From Octopus sinensis (Eukaryota), in NCBI RefSeq assembly GCF_006345805.1, contig NC_043000.1, positions 37,882,001 to 37,946,000 of the forward strand: 64,000 nucleotides of DNA, in the 5' to 3' direction. The notes below the pieces were generated by a model. That model did no database searches. It saw only the letters and a list, made by a program, of their open reading frames with translations, and was not told the origin of the DNA. This document shows, one piece after another, positions 11,663 through 24,321 of the stretch (its first letter is position 1; every line of letters starts with the position of its first letter). Both the position numbers and the translations under genes were made by a program.

Positions 11663-12195
11663 GACGGGCTTCTTTCAGTTTACGTCTACCAAATCCGCAC
11701 ACAAGTATTTGGTCGGCCCGAAGCTATAGTAGAAATCATTTGCCCAAGGTGCCACGCAGTGGGATTGAACCCAGAACCATGTGATTGGTAAGCAAGCCAC
11801 TTACCACCAGCAACACCTGCGCCTATAATAAAGAATATATACAGTACAGTACTGTTTCCACTTCACGGATTTTCACCTACCGTGAGGTGATTTTGGAACG
11901 TAACACCCACGATAGTCGAGGTGTTACTGTATGTACACACACATACGTTACATCAGTGAATGCAATCGTACTCTTTCGGTCATTACCCAACATTCATTTG
12001 TGAGGAAAGACACGAAAACAGAACTGAAGATAGCAAGATTGGTTGAAGATCGAATTCGGGGCTGGCAGATTGTTGTGCCTCTACCGGCATCTCCAGCATC
12101 CAATTCAGCCTCTTATTTTCCATCACCGCTGAACACGGGCCCCGAGACACAATAACTTCACTTTCATCAGTGACATTTCACAAACAGCTCTCCAA

Positions 12196-12380
12196 CTATT
12201 CTTTTACTTGTTTCAGTCATTTGAATGCGGCCATGCTGGAGCATCGCCTTTAGTCGAACAAATAGACCCCAGGAGTTATTCTTTGTAAGCATTGTACTTA
12301 ATCTATCGGTGTCTTTTGCCGAACCGCTGTCACGCGATTGTGGGGGACAAACACAGCCACACAAATATATATATATACAT

Positions 12381-12420
<40 letters not shown>

Positions 12421-12427
12421 TATATAT

Positions 12428-12477
<50 letters not shown>

Positions 12478-12660
12478 ACACACACATACACATATATATA
12501 CGACGGGCTCCTTTCAGTTTCCGTCAACCAGATCCATTCACAAGGCTTTGGTCGGTCCGAGACTATAGTAGAAGGCACTTGCCAAGGTGCCACACAGAGG
12601 GACTGAAGCCGGAACCATGTCGTTGTGAAGCAAGCTTCTTACCACAGCCATGTCTGCACC
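12196..12660 (-). mobile_element. SINE-A, near full length
   Basis: Tail, (CA)/(TA) linker and head all present as reverse complement. Confidence 0.9.
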
Positions 12661-12679
12661 TATATAAATATCAGTATAC

Positions 12680-12840
12680 ATCAGTATTCCCCCACCTTTT
12701 TTTTTACCTATGAACCCCCTTGATTCCTATTTTATTCGAGTGGACCCTCGTAGCCATTCGATGTTCTAAAAATCCTATTGTTTTTTTTTTATAATTAAAT
12801 ATTATTAGAAATTGTATAAAGACAATCGTTAAAATATTTT
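12680..12840 (+). mobile_element. hAT-type MITE end fragment (related to 38791-38860)
   Basis: CAGTATTCCCCCACCTTTTTTTACCTATGAACCCCTTGATTCC resembles CAGTGGTTCTCAACCATTTTTTTTACCTGTGGAACTCTTTGATTTC. CAGTGGTTCTCAAC is a typical hAT/Charlie-like terminus. Confidence 0.5.
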
Positions 12841-13619
12841 GTGCATTGTACAAGTATACGCAATTTACTGCACATAAACTTTAAGTGCCGAAAACTGAGC
12901 AACCCCTCCCCGCAAAGGGTCACATAGAAAAGGGCTACTGATCTATATCTATAAATTATAATTCCTTGCAGGGAGTCTTCAGAGAAAAAAAATGGAGATA
13001 AAAACAAGCGAATACAAGGTGGCTCCACAACGTGAAACGGCAGTCAGTCCTTCTTCAAACTGCCCGCACGTTCAGAAAGAAACAGGAAATTACACAGTCC
13101 AACACATCCCTAAAAACAGAGATGGCTATGGCTAGAATATTTTATGCTTAGCAGTTCGTTCAACAAAGGCAAACCCGCGGCTAAACAATGACAACAACAA
13201 AAACAACAAGGTCGTTTGTGATGTTTATTTGTTTATTATTGAGAGATGGGAAACTGGGAGACATCTTTCTGGGGTTTTTTTTCTTGTTTTTTTTTTCATG
13301 TCCAGAATTATTCGAGAAGAATTATCATGGCCTTTAGTCAGGCTTCAGTTTCGCTATAAGAATATTTGTCAGATAAATAACTTATCTATATATGTGTGTG
13401 TATGTGTGTGTGTGTGTGTGTATATATAAGTATATATATGAGTCTGTGTTTGTATATGTGTATGCGTGTACGTGTTATGTGTCTATGCATATTATGTATA
13501 TGTAAATATCTGTGTGTATATATCAACACACTCACACATACACATTTATATATACACTAAACCTAAAGGGGAAGAAATATTCTACCTTCAGCCAGGAGCA
13601 CAAATACCAGCACAATGAA

Positions 13620-13622
13620 TAA

Positions 13623-13706
<84 letters not shown>

Positions 13707-13731
13707 CTGTCTCTCTCTGTCTCTCTCTCTA

Positions 13732-13800
<69 letters not shown>
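13620..13800. repeat. (TATC)n/(TC)n microsatellite
   Basis: Direct reading. Confidence 0.95.
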
Positions 13801-13801
<1 letters not shown>

Positions 13802-14269
13802 CCTGTGTGTATATGTATATACATATACATACATATAAATGTATGTATGTACGTATTAATATCAGAAGTTACCTTCATAATACATTTCATAGAATCTTCA
13901 TCTAACAACGAAGTCACGTAGCATTCACCAACAAACAACAAAATCAATTCTTCTTATGTTTTGCCTCTTAATTATCTTCACAAATTTTATTCAAAGGTTA
14001 TTTGTACTTTAACAGCGAACAGCAATGACTTCACCGCATACAATGAACAGTATTCTCTCGCATTCTCAAATCTATGAATATTTTATTACAAATATTATTA
14101 ATTGCACATTCATATCAATTTCTAATTTCTCTATATTGCTCGCTTTTTTATTGATACCATAGCAATAATAATTAGTTTTTGATGTTTTTTCTTTAAAATT
14201 ATTCAAATATGTTTCGATATAATTTTAAAGGGAAACATTTATAAAAACATTATATCATAATCATATTGA

Positions 14270-14400
14270 TGGCTGTGTGGTTTAGCAACGCGATTTACAA
14301 CGGTGTAGTTTCCGGTTCAATCACACTGCGTGGGCTCCGTATCCACCAATCGTTTGTGAGTAAATCTGGTTGATGGAAACTGTGAAAAATCAGCGACCTT
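14270..14400 (+). mobile_element. Degenerate SINE-A head
   Basis: GGCTGTGTGGTT...CCGGTTCAATCACACTGCGTGG...TTGTGAGTAAATCTGGTTGATGGAAACTG. Confidence 0.7.
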
Positions 14401-14519
14401 ATACGTATACATATATATGGAGACACACACACACAAACACATAGACAGACAGACAGACAAACAGACAGACACACACACACACACACACACAAATGCACAA
14501 ATACGCACTCACACATCTG

Positions 14520-14553
14520 TGTGTTTGAAAAGGTAATCGAAAGCGCTTACACA
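14520..14553 (+). ncRNA. Minimal hammerhead ribozyme candidate, U3-A8 core with a 2-bp stem II
   Basis: UGUGU UUGAAAA GG UAA UC GAAA GCGC UU^ACACA: 5-bp stem I, palindromic AGCGCU stem III. Confidence 0.55.
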
Positions 14554-14707
14554 GACTAGAAACTTCTTCCATAAAGCTTAGTGACGTTCTGATAAAGAAT
14601 TTATAACATTTTTTCTAAAAAAAATAATTTTTTCAACAAATCTTTGTTATACTTAGCAAAACTCTATCAAATAACTTTCACAAAGACTTATATATATATA
14701 TGAGAGG

Positions 14708-14754
14708 TATTGGTATCTAGAAGACCGAAAGAGTGGGTCTTCTAGATACCAATA
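14708..14754. repeat. Perfect 19-bp hairpin with a 9-nt loop
   Basis: TATTGGTATCTAGAAGACC / GGTCTTCTAGATACCAATA. Confidence 0.95.
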
Positions 14755-14805
14755 TACGATTGAAGAGTCTAACGTGGGTCTTGTATTAGAATGGATATCT
14801 ATATT

Positions 14806-15218
<413 letters not shown>

Positions 15219-15660
15219 ATATTTGTATGTAAGTATGTAAGTATGTATAATTCAGTTTTGGGGATTAATAGATGTGCGAGTATTCTATTTCAGATAATAC
15301 AAGTAGATACCATGAGTTTACCTCCAGTAAACTCATTAGGTTATTTTTTGTATTACCTGAAATAGAATATCCACATATCTATTGATCCCCAAAACTAAAT
15401 TATTATTGATTTCTATTATATGTTTTGTATATTTCTAGATAAATATATAAGTATATGATAATCAAGACCCCACTGTACGATATGCAGAGGCATGTAATGC
15501 TAAAGGATTGTACCTGATTGATTTTAAAATTAGCTTTCCAAAATGATATATATACATATATATACATATATATATATATATACAAATATATATATACATA
15601 TGCATATTTATATACATACATAAATATATGCATACATATGTATCACTTGATTGCGTATAA

Positions 15661-15731
<71 letters not shown>

Positions 15732-15807
15732 CTAAATGAGTTAGAGGTTAAGCAACCATCTAAGGGATAATAAATATCCAGTATACTACTGGATTACACC
15801 TACGTAT

Positions 15808-16010
15808 TTATATCCAAGTGCTTACTATTGCAAGGCAATATCGCAATTGAATACTAAGTGATGTGTTGGTATTTTGGACTAGTTGGTCGAACCAAAACTG
15901 GTTCATAGTTGTCAAGATCTCATGGTTAGTGGAATCAAGGAGATCCTCGTTGAAATCTGCAAGGACGATGGTCAGATGGTTCCTTGGCAAAGATAAAAGA
16001 AGTATCTGTC
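15808..16010 (-). pseudogene. Apurinic-type (EEP/APE) endonuclease fragment of transposon origin
   Basis: Translation LPRNHLTIVLADFNEDLLDSTNHEILTTMNQFWFDQLVQN resembles the IVxGDFNxD...FxQLV motif region; it degenerates afterwards. Confidence 0.6.
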
Positions 16011-16199
16011 TACTTATGAAACTAAACTTACCTACCTACTTTACATCCCTCTGTGGTCAGTATGGTATCAGTCATCCCTCAAGAGTCCATAGATACGCGA
16101 GTAAAATTACTAATAGAGAAATGAAAACAAAACTTTGGAAACAGCAACGCCACCATAGGTTATGTGGAAACGATGAACGTGTTTTCAAGGGAGATAATC

Positions 16200-16438
16200 A
16201 AAGAACGTAACATTCTAATACTTCAAAATAAATATAACAAATGAAAAATCCTTCAAGAATCCATAAAATTTCCAAATCACTACCAAAAATTTAGCATCTG
16301 TTCCTTGAGTCATTACCGACTTTTTCTGCAAGTTTTAGCAAAAACAGTTTACAACTTTTGAGTTATTTTGCATACAGACGGACAGGCGGACAAACCAACA
16401 CCGATGAAAACCTAACCTCCTTCATTGGTGGAGGTAAT
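16200..16438 (-). mobile_element. DINE-1/HINE-like (Helentron-associated) element end
   Basis: Minus strand starts TTACCTCCACCAATGAAGGAGGTTAGGTTTTC (hairpin 16415-16435), then a GTCY microsatellite and CAAAATAACTCAAAAGTTG. Confidence 0.55.
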
Positions 16439-16453
16439 AATAATAATGATGAC

Positions 16454-16518
<65 letters not shown>

Positions 16519-16522
16519 CTAC

Positions 16523-16722
16523 TATAGACACAAAGCCTGGAATTTGAGGGGAGGGGGATAGTCACTTGCATCAACCCTAGCGCTTCACTTGTACTTAATT
16601 TATCGATCCCGAAAGGATGAAAGGCAAAGTCGACCCCAGTGGAATTTGAACTTGGGTGGTAGCGGGTGAAACACCGCTTAGCATTTAGTCCAGCGTGCTA
16701 ACCATTCTGAGAGCACACCGCC

Positions 16723-16724
<2 letters not shown>
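16523..16724 (-). mobile_element. SINE-B copy inserted in (AAT)n
   Basis: Core TTAATTTATCGATCCCGAAAGGATGAAAGGCAAAGTCGAC; (AAT)n on both sides. Confidence 0.85.
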
Positions 16725-16795
<71 letters not shown>

Positions 16796-16968
16796 TAATA
16801 AATATAGTCGTAGAAAGTAAAGCTGTTTAGAATAACAGATTTTGTAATTTTGCTTGAATAAAATGGCGTTGTAAATCTATCAGGTAAAATTGTAGCCAAG
16901 CCTGCAAACGTAACTGTAGCATAAGAAACCATATATACAGCAGGTTTATAGACCAGCGGCTAGGGACC

Positions 16969-16999
<31 letters not shown>

Positions 17000-17493
17000 A
17001 AGAGAGAGAGGGGGAGATGGAGATATTAGCTAAATATTTATAGACTTTATCTCATGGAAATTGGAGACGGATCCATCCACACAGCAACAATATTGAATAT
17101 CTACAGAGAATTCTTACTTATGTTCAAGACGCATCTCACCTTTCTGCTTTTGGCTAAAAATGGCCATTCTCGTTAATTAGGAAACATTTTATCTAAATGT
17201 CTTGGAATTAATATTCTGCGTGAATTTCGCGCAAACATTTAAATGTTCTCTGCGCTTAATAGCGAGCATTCTCGCCGGACGAAGAAATTGCCGGGAGGTA
17301 GTTGGCTTCGCTTGGACACATCTCAGAAAACTGACACAGTTTTCTGCTCAGGAAAAATAATAAAATCATCCAATGGATACCATTCTTATAACTTACCAGT
17401 TCGTTTAGACTTTTCCAACCTTGTTAATTCGTGTAAAAACAATCACTTCTTAACATATTTCGTGTTCAAACTTGACGAAAATAGCCAAGATAC

Positions 17494-17524
<31 letters not shown>

Positions 17525-17604
17525 AAAAGATAAAAAGAGAGGAAGAGATGGTTAATGGATCTTTGAAATATTTTTCAATCTCATTCTGTCTTCTATTCAT
17601 AAAA

Positions 17605-17990
17605 TGGAGGCGCAATGGCCCAGTGGTTAGGGCTGCGAACTCGCGGTCGTGGAATCGCGGTTTCGATTCCTAGACAGGGTGTTGTGAGTGTTGATTAAGC
17701 GAAAACACCTAAAGCTCCACCATGCTCCGGCAGGGTCTGGTGGCGAACCCTGTTGTACTCTTTCACCACAACTTTCTCTAACACTTTCTTCCTGTTTCTG
17801 TTGTACCTGTATTTCAAAAGGGCCACCCTTGTCACACACTGTGTCACGCTGAATCTCCCCGAGAACTACGTTAAGGGTACACGTGTCTGTGGAGTGCTCA
17901 GCCACTTGCACATTAATTTCACGAGCAGGCTGTTCCGTTGATCGGATCAATTGGAACTCTCATCGTCGAAACCGACGGAGTACCACGACG
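17605..17990 (+). mobile_element. SINE-C, tRNA-derived
   Basis: GGAGGCGCAATGGCCCAGTGGTTAGG (A box) and GGTTTCGATTCC (B box). Its 3' half matches 36070-36240. Confidence 0.85.
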
Positions 17991-18009
17991 TCGATTATTC
18001 ATAATAATA

Positions 18010-18246
18010 CAAGGCGGTAAGCTGGCACAATCGTTAGCACGCTGGCCGAAGTGATTAGCAGTTTTTCGCCCGTCGCTACGTTCTAAGTACAAATTCCACC
18101 GAGGTCGATAAAGTAAGTACCAGTTGCGATAAATTAAGTACCGGGGTCGATAAATTAAGTACCAGCTGCGTTCTGGTGTCAATCTAATCGACTACCCCAC
18201 CTCCCCCAAAATGTCGGGCCTTGTGCCTAGAGTAGAAAAGAATATA
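18010..18246 (+). mobile_element. SINE-B copy with an internal deletion and a triplicated GATAAATTAAGTACC-like motif
   Basis: Direct alignment to the other SINE-B copies. Confidence 0.9.
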
Positions 18247-18250
18247 TTTA

Positions 18251-18470
18251 AAGGCGGCGGGCTAGCAGAATCGTTAGCACGCTGGACGAAATGCTTAGCG
18301 GTTTTTCACCCGTCAATACGTTCTGATTTCAAGTTCTGCCGAGGTCGACTTCACCTTTCATCCTTTCGGGATTGGTAAATTAAGTACCAGTTGAACACTG
18401 GTATCGTTTTGATCGTGCGATCGACTCCCCCAAATTCCAGGCCTTGTGCCTATAATAGAAAGGATTATTC
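18251..18470 (+). mobile_element. SINE-B copy, head-to-tail with the previous copy
   Basis: AAGGCGGCGGGCTAGCAGAATCGTTAGCACG...GTGCCTATAATAGAAAGGATTATT. Confidence 0.9.
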
Positions 18471-18670
18471 ATAATAATAGATATCTCCATGGCTAGTGTT
18501 TTATTAATATCTAGTTCATCTAATTCATAATTGTCAAGAAAAAATAATATATTTGATTAAAATAATATATTTTATTCAGTATTTATGAAAAAGATAATAC
18601 TAGACTTTTACCCATTATATGACGGATAACTTTTGGGGTATAGTTGTGCCATTAAGGGTAATAACAAAGA

Positions 18671-18770
18671 NNNNNNNNNNNNNNNNNNNNNNNNNNNNNN
18701 NNNNNNNNNNNNNNNNNNNNNNNNNNNNNNNNNNNNNNNNNNNNNNNNNNNNNNNNNNNNNNNNNNNNNN
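18671..18770. other. Assembly gap (100 N)
   Basis: Run of N; adjacency across it is unverified. Confidence 1.
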
Positions 18771-19092
18771 AGGTCCATTAGTTTGTCCAAACATTTTATC
18801 TGTTAAATTATAGAAAATTATACGGATAAAAAAGAGAGTATAGGAAGAGAGGAAAAGAGAGAAAAAGAGAGAAACAGAGAAACAGAAAGACAGAGATAAG
18901 AAAAGAAGGAGATGGAAGGAGGGCAATAAAGGAACGAAGTATGAAAGGGGCTTTAAAGAAAAGTGTAATAAATGGTAAATGCAGAAAAAGAGAGAGTCAG
19001 ACAGACACAGACAAAGAGGAAGAACGAGGAAGCTAGGAATTCCTCTCCTGTTCTCTTTTTTCGTTCATTGCCTCATAAATACATATGTGTGT

Positions 19093-19124
<32 letters not shown>

Positions 19125-19219
19125 TTGCGTGTGTGGGGGTGGTGGAAAATAAAATGAAACCGAAGAGGGAGAAATGCTTGAAAAATATAGATAAACAGAC
19201 AGAGTGAATAACAGTGGAT

Positions 19220-19258
<39 letters not shown>

Positions 19259-20148
19259 GTGGAGAGGCGTGAGATTAGCCAATCCTATGCAGTAAACAAG
19301 TGTAAGAGCCTATGGAAAGCAAATTAAAAGTTGCCGTCCATTAATACTAAAAATACGGATTCTCTTTGGCTTTTAATCCTTGATTTCATGTTGGGTTCTG
19401 CATTGTTTGGATATTTGTTTACGTTAGCCACAATCAAATTATGCCAAAACACAACATTTCTCCATCGGTTTGGTCAGGTCAATGAGGTTGGAATCATTTA
19501 AATTTCCCTGTTTGAGATGCTAATATAAAATTAAATAAGTTCTGTTAAGCTGTTCTTACTTGTCTGGTCGGACGCATTTCAGTTAGCAAACAATATTTAC
19601 CTCCCCTTTGCCTAACCTCTTCTCACTTTCATAAACATACACAAGACACACATACACACATACACACATACGCGTACGCACTCTATTATTCCTACTTTCT
19701 TCTTCTTCTCGTTCTCGTTCTCCCTCTTCTTCTTCTTTTCTTCTTCTTCTTCTTCTTCTTCTTCTTCTTCTTCTTCTTCTTCTTCCTTCTTCTTCTTCTT
19801 GTCTCTCCCCTCTAACTCTCTCTCCCCCTCGTTCTCCCTCCGACTCCCTTTTCCCTTTCTTCCGTATAAGAATGAAGTACAATGAATTGTCGGAAGCAAG
19901 TTGGCCCCCACAAAAACCTTTTCCCTTTCACTGTTTGCCAAACCCTTATTACATAGCAGATGTGTATCCGACAGTAAATTCCAGTGTATATGTGTGAGCA
20001 TGTGTGTATATATGATTGTGTATATTTGTGTGTATGTATGTTTGTATGTATGCATGTGTGTGTGCACATATGTATGCATATATTCTTGTGCGTGCGTCTG
20101 TAACGAATTATGAACATTTAATATGTATGTATCACATATATATATACA

Positions 20149-20190
<42 letters not shown>

Positions 20191-20965
20191 CAAATGAAAG
20201 ACAGAATATGGAATATACGAGAATGTATTATTAATCATAACACCTGTTTCGAAACAGTTAGCATCGACTCCTCTTGCGGGACAGTCAACAACTGGTTCAG
20301 GAGCATCCGGTGGTGCAGACGTATCTCGTCAGGTGATAAATAAATATTTTTAGAAAATTGCTAAAATGACTGTTCCACAATGCAATTTTCCATTTTCTAG
20401 GGAGAAAAGCAGCCAGACGGAGGAAAATTCTTTATATATATATATAGAAGATCCAAAAATAAAATTGCAGAAGACAAAAAGAGAAACGAACACTTAATCC
20501 AGCGAGAAAAGAATTGAAAATAACCGTTAAGAGATATGGATGTATAAACGCCCTCGGGCAAGCTGCATGGCACGAGTACACACGCTCATACAAGCATTAG
20601 CAAAAATTTGAGCATACGCACACGCGAGGTAGGTGCACTCCTGAAATACAAAGCAACTTAAATATTTAGTAGGTGTTTAGAGAAACGGGGAGGTTAAAAG
20701 TAAAATTAAATCATCCATAACTTAAATTAAATTAAATTATGTTAACGGTTACTCAAAATTCATTCTTCCTGCATTATGCTAAAGTATATTTATATGCGTG
20801 TAGGCATCTCGATAGTCGTTCAGAAATTCTATTAAGTATCTTCTTGTTAGTCCACAGAATAGACAGGAATTCCTCGGAGCAGGGACGGCATCTCCTGGAA
20901 ATTTTACTGTATGGTTTTGCATGTCTAACTATGGACCAAGTATATATATACTGTATATATATATA

Positions 20966-21368
20966 CAGGAGTGGCTGTGTGGTAAGTAGCTTGCTAACCA
21001 ACCACATGGTTCCGGGTTCAGTCCCACTGCGTGGCATCTTGGGCAAGTGTCTTCTGCTACAGCCCCGGGCCGACCAATGCCTTGTGAGTGGATTTGGTAG
21101 ACAGAAACTGAAAGAAGCCTGTCGTATATATGTATATATATGTATATGTGTGTGTATGTTTGTGTGTCTGTGTTTGTCCCCCTAGCATTGCTTGACAACC
21201 GATGCTGGTGTGTTTACGTCCCCGTCACTTTGCGGTTCGGCAAAAGAGACCGATAGAATAAGTACTGGGCTTACAAAGAATAAGTCCCGGGGTCGAGTTG
21301 CTCGACTAAAGGCGGTGCTCCAGCATGGCCGCAGTCAAATGACTGAAACAAGTAAAAGGAGTAAAAAA
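20966..21368 (+). mobile_element. SINE-A, full length, young subfamily
   Basis: Complete head and tail; nearly identical to 57908-58292. Confidence 0.95.
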
Positions 21369-21370
21369 GG

Positions 21371-21402
<32 letters not shown>

Positions 21403-21409
21403 ATATATA

Positions 21410-21610
21410 GTAAATAAGAAAAAACACAGCAAATGCAAAAAAGCAACAACGCGAGAACGTGGTACATGTAAAGTATTAGCAGCCGTTCAGGGAAGGGAAG
21501 AAAAGTGGTTTAACATTTTGAACAAAGCTCTTCTTCAGGAACAGAGGAAAGTCCAATAGAAAAGGAAGACGGAGGACAAAAATCGCCAACGTTGTTTGTG
21601 TATATTTGCG
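21410..21610 (-). mobile_element. PLE-type terminal repeat, family 3 (degenerate HHR at 21507-21545)
   Basis: Reverse complement of 29800-29990; CUGAAGA A GAGC UUU GUUC AAAA U GUU AAACC. Confidence 0.65.
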
Positions 21611-21665
21611 AATGGTATGGTGGTGAGTTACATATTTCTTTGTATGTGCGGATGCATTAGTGTGT

Positions 21666-21705
<40 letters not shown>

Positions 21706-22859
21706 TGTGTGTGTGACTTTTCATGGAAATGGCTTTTTCACTGCTTATTCGAGAAGATGGAACCAAAGAAACGAGAGGAAGTTTCATGGAAAACAATGAA
21801 ATAATCTTTTCCATAAACTCGACATCTCTATGTATGTGTGCTTGTGTATGAATATAAATCTGCATATATATATATAAATATATATATATACACACACATA
21901 TATATATGTATGTATGTATGTATGTATATATATATATGTACGTGCATATAATACACACGCATGTGTGTGTATATGTGTGTTTATATATATATATGTATGT
22001 ATGTATGTATATATTTGAATGTATATATATACACCCATACGTGTATATCAACAGTAAACGACTACTATACCATATGTGTGTGTGCATGTGTGTGTGTGTG
22101 TGTGGTGTGTGTGTGTGTGTGTATGTTTGTATCACCGCCATACCAACCAATCCGGATCAATGACAACATAACTATCAAAAATATTCAACGAAAGGCATTC
22201 ATTAAAGAACATTGGTTGCATGAATTACAGAACAAGATAAATGCTGCAACACCATAGAATTGTTAACTTCACGTTGTTGAAGAATATTAATCTGGTGTTT
22301 CTAAAGACGTCTCTCCTCAAATTCGGCCAATTCCGTGACTCTGTGCATATCGGATGGCGCTAGGCTGTGGTTAATTCGTTCTAACGTTAAACTAGTCACT
22401 GCAACTGACAGACCTGCTGCAATATTGCTAAAAACTTTTCTATAAGCAGTTGAGGAAATAAAGAAAAGAAACAAGGTTACATACACGCACGGTGTTTTGG
22501 CGGCTACTGGATAAAGTATATTCTTTTGTTGGAAAGTAATAGATAAATAAACAGAGAAAGTGAGAACCATTTATGAGATGGAGAAACTGACAGCGAGAAT
22601 GCAAGCTCTACGCGCATGCGCGCACACACACACTCACAGAATTATATATATACGCGCTCACACACATACATACATATAGATAGAGATGTTGTGTGTATGT
22701 ATATATATATAATATATATATAATATATGATATATGTATATATATATATGTATATATATATATATAGTATATATATATATATATGTGTATATATATATAT
22801 ATTCATTGTATGAATGTATAGCTATCTATCTATCTATCGTCTATCTGTTTGTCTGTCTG

Positions 22860-22892
<33 letters not shown>

Positions 22893-22906
22893 ATATATAT
22901 ATGTAC

Positions 22907-22944
<38 letters not shown>

Positions 22945-24321
22945 GTAAGTATGTATGTATGTATAGACGATACTTGAAGGACACCAAAAGCTATCCTTTT
23001 GTTGCAAAGTAATAGGGGGATAGATGGAGTGAGAGTGATTGAGAAAGAAGGAGAGAGAGATAGATGATTGATTGATTTATAGATAGATGGAAAGACTGAT
23101 CAAACAATATACACATACACACAAACCAACAAACACACACACACAGATATATATGTATATATATATATATATATATATTTATACATATGTATAATGAGAA
23201 AGACAGAGGGAAGAGGAGAGAGAGGAGGAGTAAGAGAGAGGGGAGAAAGAGAGAGAGAGAGAGGGGTGTATTGTGTGATTCTGTAATCAGTTTTGAATAT
23301 TTAACCAGGGATACTTTCCTGGTGTATAATAGTTATCGACCAGATCGTGGCTGAAAGATCAAGTTAGACGGGACATGTAAGGATAGCGGAAATAAACTTA
23401 TTAATAAAGGCCATTCACCAATAACTTTTACAGTAGTCAAGCCTGATTAAGGAATATCATGTCAGTCTTGAATACATTTAATCATGAAGATGAAATTAGT
23501 AGGGAACTTTCTAGAAGTTTTGAATAAATACGCTGATAGTCTACGTAGTCCTTTAGTGCTTCTGGTATCTACAAATTGGTTTTGGTTCCGTATTACGCAA
23601 AGAAAAGAGAGGATAATTCCAACATTGGTATTAAAACACCGTGACTTTGGAAGAATGTCTATACTGAGCATTCAGCAAGGATTGGCTTTACACTTTTTGC
23701 TGTGTGTTTATTGAGCAGCTTTTGTTGTTGTTATCATTGATCAAACTAACTCAGGGTTTACACACACACACATAGTTAACCTCAGCTGAACTTTGACCTA
23801 TGATCGAAGCTATTGCCTACTATTGCCGTTTCATTTTCCTGTGCACAGTCCACAGAAGAATACATTATCTGATGTGTTTTCGAAAACAGTAATCGTTTTA
23901 TCGGAGGGTAATCAGATTGTTAGTTCTAGCAGAGAGAGCGGCCTAAACCAAGGCACTCTTACTGTGTTTGTGCATGCGCGTTTGTGTATATATGTGTGTA
24001 TGCGTGTGTGCTTATACGTGTGTGTGTGTGCATGCGCGCGCTAGAAAAATAAGCAGCTAGAAAGAACAGTAAAATTTCTCTGTAATCATATAAGTTATTT
24101 CAAAAAGATTATACAATCTGAGAAAAACTGCATGTAATAGATATATATGAGTGTATACGGCATGAAAATGATTACATACATATATACATACATGCATGCA
24201 TACATACATACATACACATACATACATACATACATACATACATACATACATACATACATACATGCATACATACATACATAGGTGCATACATGCATACATA
24301 CATACGTGCGTACATACATAC

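Larger units (their letters stand above)
10466..11823 (-). mobile_element. SINE-A split at its microsatellite linker (3' module 10466-10678, head 11662-11823)
   Basis: Both halves are on the minus strand in the correct order; an imperfect ~20-bp flank duplication ends in AATATATACA (10444-10453 and 11834-11843). Confidence 0.7.
10331..11931. mobile_element. Tigger/pogo-type non-autonomous DNA element split by nested insertions (arms ~10331-10453 and ~11823-11931)
   Basis: TA|CAGTAATCCTTCGCCATATCG at left and CGATAGTCGAGGTGTTACTG|TA at right are imperfect TIRs with TA flanks. Confidence 0.6.

Noticed and set aside
20235-20335. Minus-strand CUGACGA...GAAAC
   Set aside because: No stem II closure and no NUH triplet in register.
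22301-22470. Minus-strand exon candidate after a pyrimidine tract (KVFSNIAAGLSVAV...EERRL*)
   Set aside because: No recognisable homology; cannot be supported without transcript data.
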